From assembly GCA_022605425.2 (NCBI GenBank), contig JAKIMF020000007.1:620001-684000 (forward strand): a stretch of DNA of 64,000 nucleotides, read 5' to 3'. How positions within the stretch are numbered: the first letter of the stretch is position 1; each line of letters starts with the position of its first letter. This document shows, piece by piece, positions 61,399 through 64,000 of this stretch. The notes beneath the pieces were generated by a model. It saw only the letters and a program-made list of their open reading frames with translations. It had not been told where the DNA came from and did no database searches. Both the position numbers and the translations under genes were made by a program. Source of the stretch: Hamiltosporidium tvaerminnensis FI-OER-3-3. Lineage: Eukaryota; Fungi; Microsporidia.

Positions 61399-62688
61399 AT
61401 GAGTACAGAGGATCTAAAAAGAATATCGACGCATAGTCATATAAAATCACTTGGTCTTAATTCTGTTGGAGAACCTATAGATATAGAATGTGGTGTGGTA
61501 GGCCAATATAATGCACGAGAAGCTTGTGGAATTGTTGTTGAATTAGTTAAAAATAAAAAAATGGCTGGTCGTTCAGTCCTTTTTGTAGGACCTATGGGTA
61601 GTGGAAAGACGGCTCTTGCCTTGGCATTAAGTAAAGATATAGGGAGTAAAACCCCTTTCTATACTATAAGTGGTTCAGAAGTATTTTCAACGGAAGTTAA
61701 AAAAACGGAAATTCTTCAAGAAGCTTTAAGAAAGTCAATTTTAATAAGATTTAAAGAAATAAAAGAAATTTACGAAGGAGAAGTTGTTGATTTAAATGTA
61801 ATAGAATTTGAAGATCCAATAAAATTTTATAAAAAAACCATTAAAGAAATTATAATTACTTTAAAGACAAACAAAGGATCTAAAAAAATAAAACTTTCTC
61901 CATCTTTATATGAAACGATTGAAAAACAAAGAATTTCTTTAGGTGACATTGTTTATATAGAATCGAATAGCGGAATAATAAAAAGGCTTGGTAAATGCGA
62001 AACTCATAAGAGAAACTATGATATAGAAGCAGAATGTTTTATTCCATTACCGAAAGGAGAAGTTTTAAGAAGAAAGGAAATAATTCAAGAAGTTACTTTA
62101 CATGATTTAGATATTTCTACTTCTAAACCGAACGGAAATGATGTTGTTTCGATTCTTTCACAAATTTTTAATCCTAAAAAAAGTGAAATAACAGAAAAAT
62201 TACGTAACGAAGTAAATTTAAATGTTAATAGATATTTAGAATGTGGCAATGCAGATGTGATACCAGGAGTACTTTTTATAGATGAAGCACATATGATGGA
62301 TTTAGAATGTTTTACATTTTTACACAAAGCGATTGAATCACCTTTTAGTCCACTTATAGTTTTTTCTAGCAACAAATTAAAATCCAAAATACGAGGATCT
62401 AAAAATATTGAAAATCATTTTGGAATGCCAAAAGAGTTGCTAGATAGACTTGTTATAATTCCATTGCAAAAGAATACAACAGAAATCAATAAGAAAATAC
62501 TTCAGATTCGAATTAATGAGGAATGTATTAATGTATCTTCAGAAGCACTTACATTTCTATCTGATATTGCTGAATCGAAAGGATTAAGATATGTTTTATG
62601 TATTCTTCCAGTTTTAAAAGTTTTCAAAACTAAAATTGAAAGGAATCATGTTGAAGAAGTTACTTCACTTTTTATTGGTTTGAAATGA
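61399..62688 (+). CDS. RVB1: RuvB-like AAA+ helicase 1 (pontin)
   Basis: HSHIKSLGL, GQYNAREACG, KKMAGR, Walker A GPMGSGKT and Walker B FIDEAH. The second ATG (cccatATG, 61399) is preferred over 61378. Confidence 0.93.
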   Translation: MSTEDLKRISTHSHIKSLGLNSVGEPIDIECGVVGQYNAREACGIVVELVKNKKMAGRSVLFVGPMGSGKTALALALSKDIGSKTPFYTISGSEVFSTEVKKTEILQEALRKSILIRFKEIKEIYEGEVVDLNVIEFEDPIKFYKKTIKEIIITLKTNKGSKKIKLSPSLYETIEKQRISLGDIVYIESNSGIIKRLGKCETHKRNYDIEAECFIPLPKGEVLRRKEIIQEVTLHDLDISTSKPNGNDVVSILSQIFNPKKSEITEKLRNEVNLNVNRYLECGNADVIPGVLFIDEAHMMDLECFTFLHKAIESPFSPLIVFSSNKLKSKIRGSKNIENHFGMPKELLDRLVIIPLQKNTTEINKKILQIRINEECINVSSEALTFLSDIAESKGLRYVLCILPVLKVFKTKIERNHVEEVTSLFIGLK

Positions 62689-64000
62689 AATTTTAGGTAA
62701 ATTTTGTTGTTTTTTTTCAATCTTAAAATTTAAATTAAATATTTACATACCAAATATGTTAAATCAAATTTAGGCCAATCTTTTGTTTTTTTAAATTTTA
62801 ATTCGGGTCATTTAGTTTTTAAAATCGAGTATTATGGTTTTTTCATAATATTTTACTAACATATTTAAATCTAAATAGCTGTTATAAATAGTTTCGTCTC
62901 TTTTAACCTTAAAACAAATAGTTCTGGTTATGTTTATCAGATCAGATTAAACAATCTTTTTTCGGTTTAATTTATTTTTATTTCCCATTTTTTTTATCGT
63001 TTTTAAAATTTTATAGTTTCAATTTATTTTCAAACTATTTAGAAGTAGCAAAGAAATCGTTGTATTCGTTTTTAAGCACATGGTAAGTTTGGTAGCTTAT
63101 GTTAAGTATAAATATACATTCTAAATATTCATTCTAAACATTCATATTTTACAGATAGTAATTTTTTTTGTAAATCAATTCAAATGCGTGAAAATATATG
63201 TTATAAGCAATCTAAATAAATGGAAAATCTATGAATATTTAGATTCATACTTTATCACATACAAAAATATGAGATATTTTTGTCAGTAATATGTATGAAA
63301 AAATATATGCTTAACTAAAAAACATGAAAATAGTTTCAAAAAAAACAAGAGGCACTAAAATTCTAAATTTCAAGATATTAATAACAGTAATTTCAAATTT
63401 TTTTGTAGTAAACAATGAGTATAATGTTGTATATACACATTTATTTGGTAGACTATTATAATCTGTAGCTATAAATTTGTATTTTAACCTTTTATATGTC
63501 AAAATAGATCCCAACACCTTAAAAAAATTAAATATTTTACGTCATAGATCAGTAAATGATATATCTTTTATCTTTTAAATATCCCATCAATAGCTATCCA
63601 TTTAGCTGGAAAAAAAGCGCTAGTGTGAATTATAAATTAAAGAGTTTTTCAATAGAAAATTTTTCGGAATAGCTTCCTGTAACTAGGTCTACAATCCATG
63701 ACATTTTACAGAAGTATATAAATAATAGGGATTCGAATCGTAACATGGACCTAGACGACCTCCGTTTATATAAATCATTATGGCCAATAGAATTGCGATT
63801 TTTTTGAATAACTCGCTTTTCCCTACAAATGGAACACAATCCAAGAATAGATCATAGCTTACCATATTACAAGCGTTCCAAAGAAAAATTGCTTTTGATT
63901 GGTTAGGTTGTCAGCAAACGTAAAATTTCTTGTACGAATGCTAAATAGTGCACTTACTAGAAATCGAATCTGACCTTCGGAAATGAATTCGGATATCCTG

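Noticed and set aside
63300-64000. Possible decayed membrane-protein gene at the right edge
   Set aside because: Only short non-ATG frames with hydrophobic patches; insufficient evidence.

Overview
This is very AT-rich eukaryotic DNA, inferred to come from a large-genome microsporidian (Hamiltosporidium-like). The inference rests on intronless genes, a CCC motif a few nt before nearly every start codon, AATAAA/ATTAAA at stop codons and a signal-peptide-bearing hexokinase. Host genes: 60S acidic P2, ITPase/HAM1, monothiol glutaredoxin, a GCN1-like HEAT protein of about 3100 aa, ASF1, an Ima1/Samp1-like Zn-finger membrane protein, secreted hexokinase, RVB1, an LRR pseudogene, an ORF running off the left edge and two unannotated CCC-preceded micro-ORFs. 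Mobile DNA: a Ginger-like integrase DNA transposon with TIRs, a near-intact R4/Dong-like RLE non-LTR retrotransposon with 12-bp TSDs plus relics, a truncated RTE LINE, an RTE-derived short element, and about ten copies of different ages of a ~730-bp non-coding retroposon. Two signals stand out. (1) About 15 in-frame insertion modules in the GCN1-like gene, built from 27-33-bp units around a dyad-like core (TAA-S-A-SSS-T-S-TTA) that grades from G-rich to C-rich across each module, with an inverted non-coding copy just upstream. (2) The ~730-bp structured retroposon, which has a precise 5' end and no poly(A) tail.
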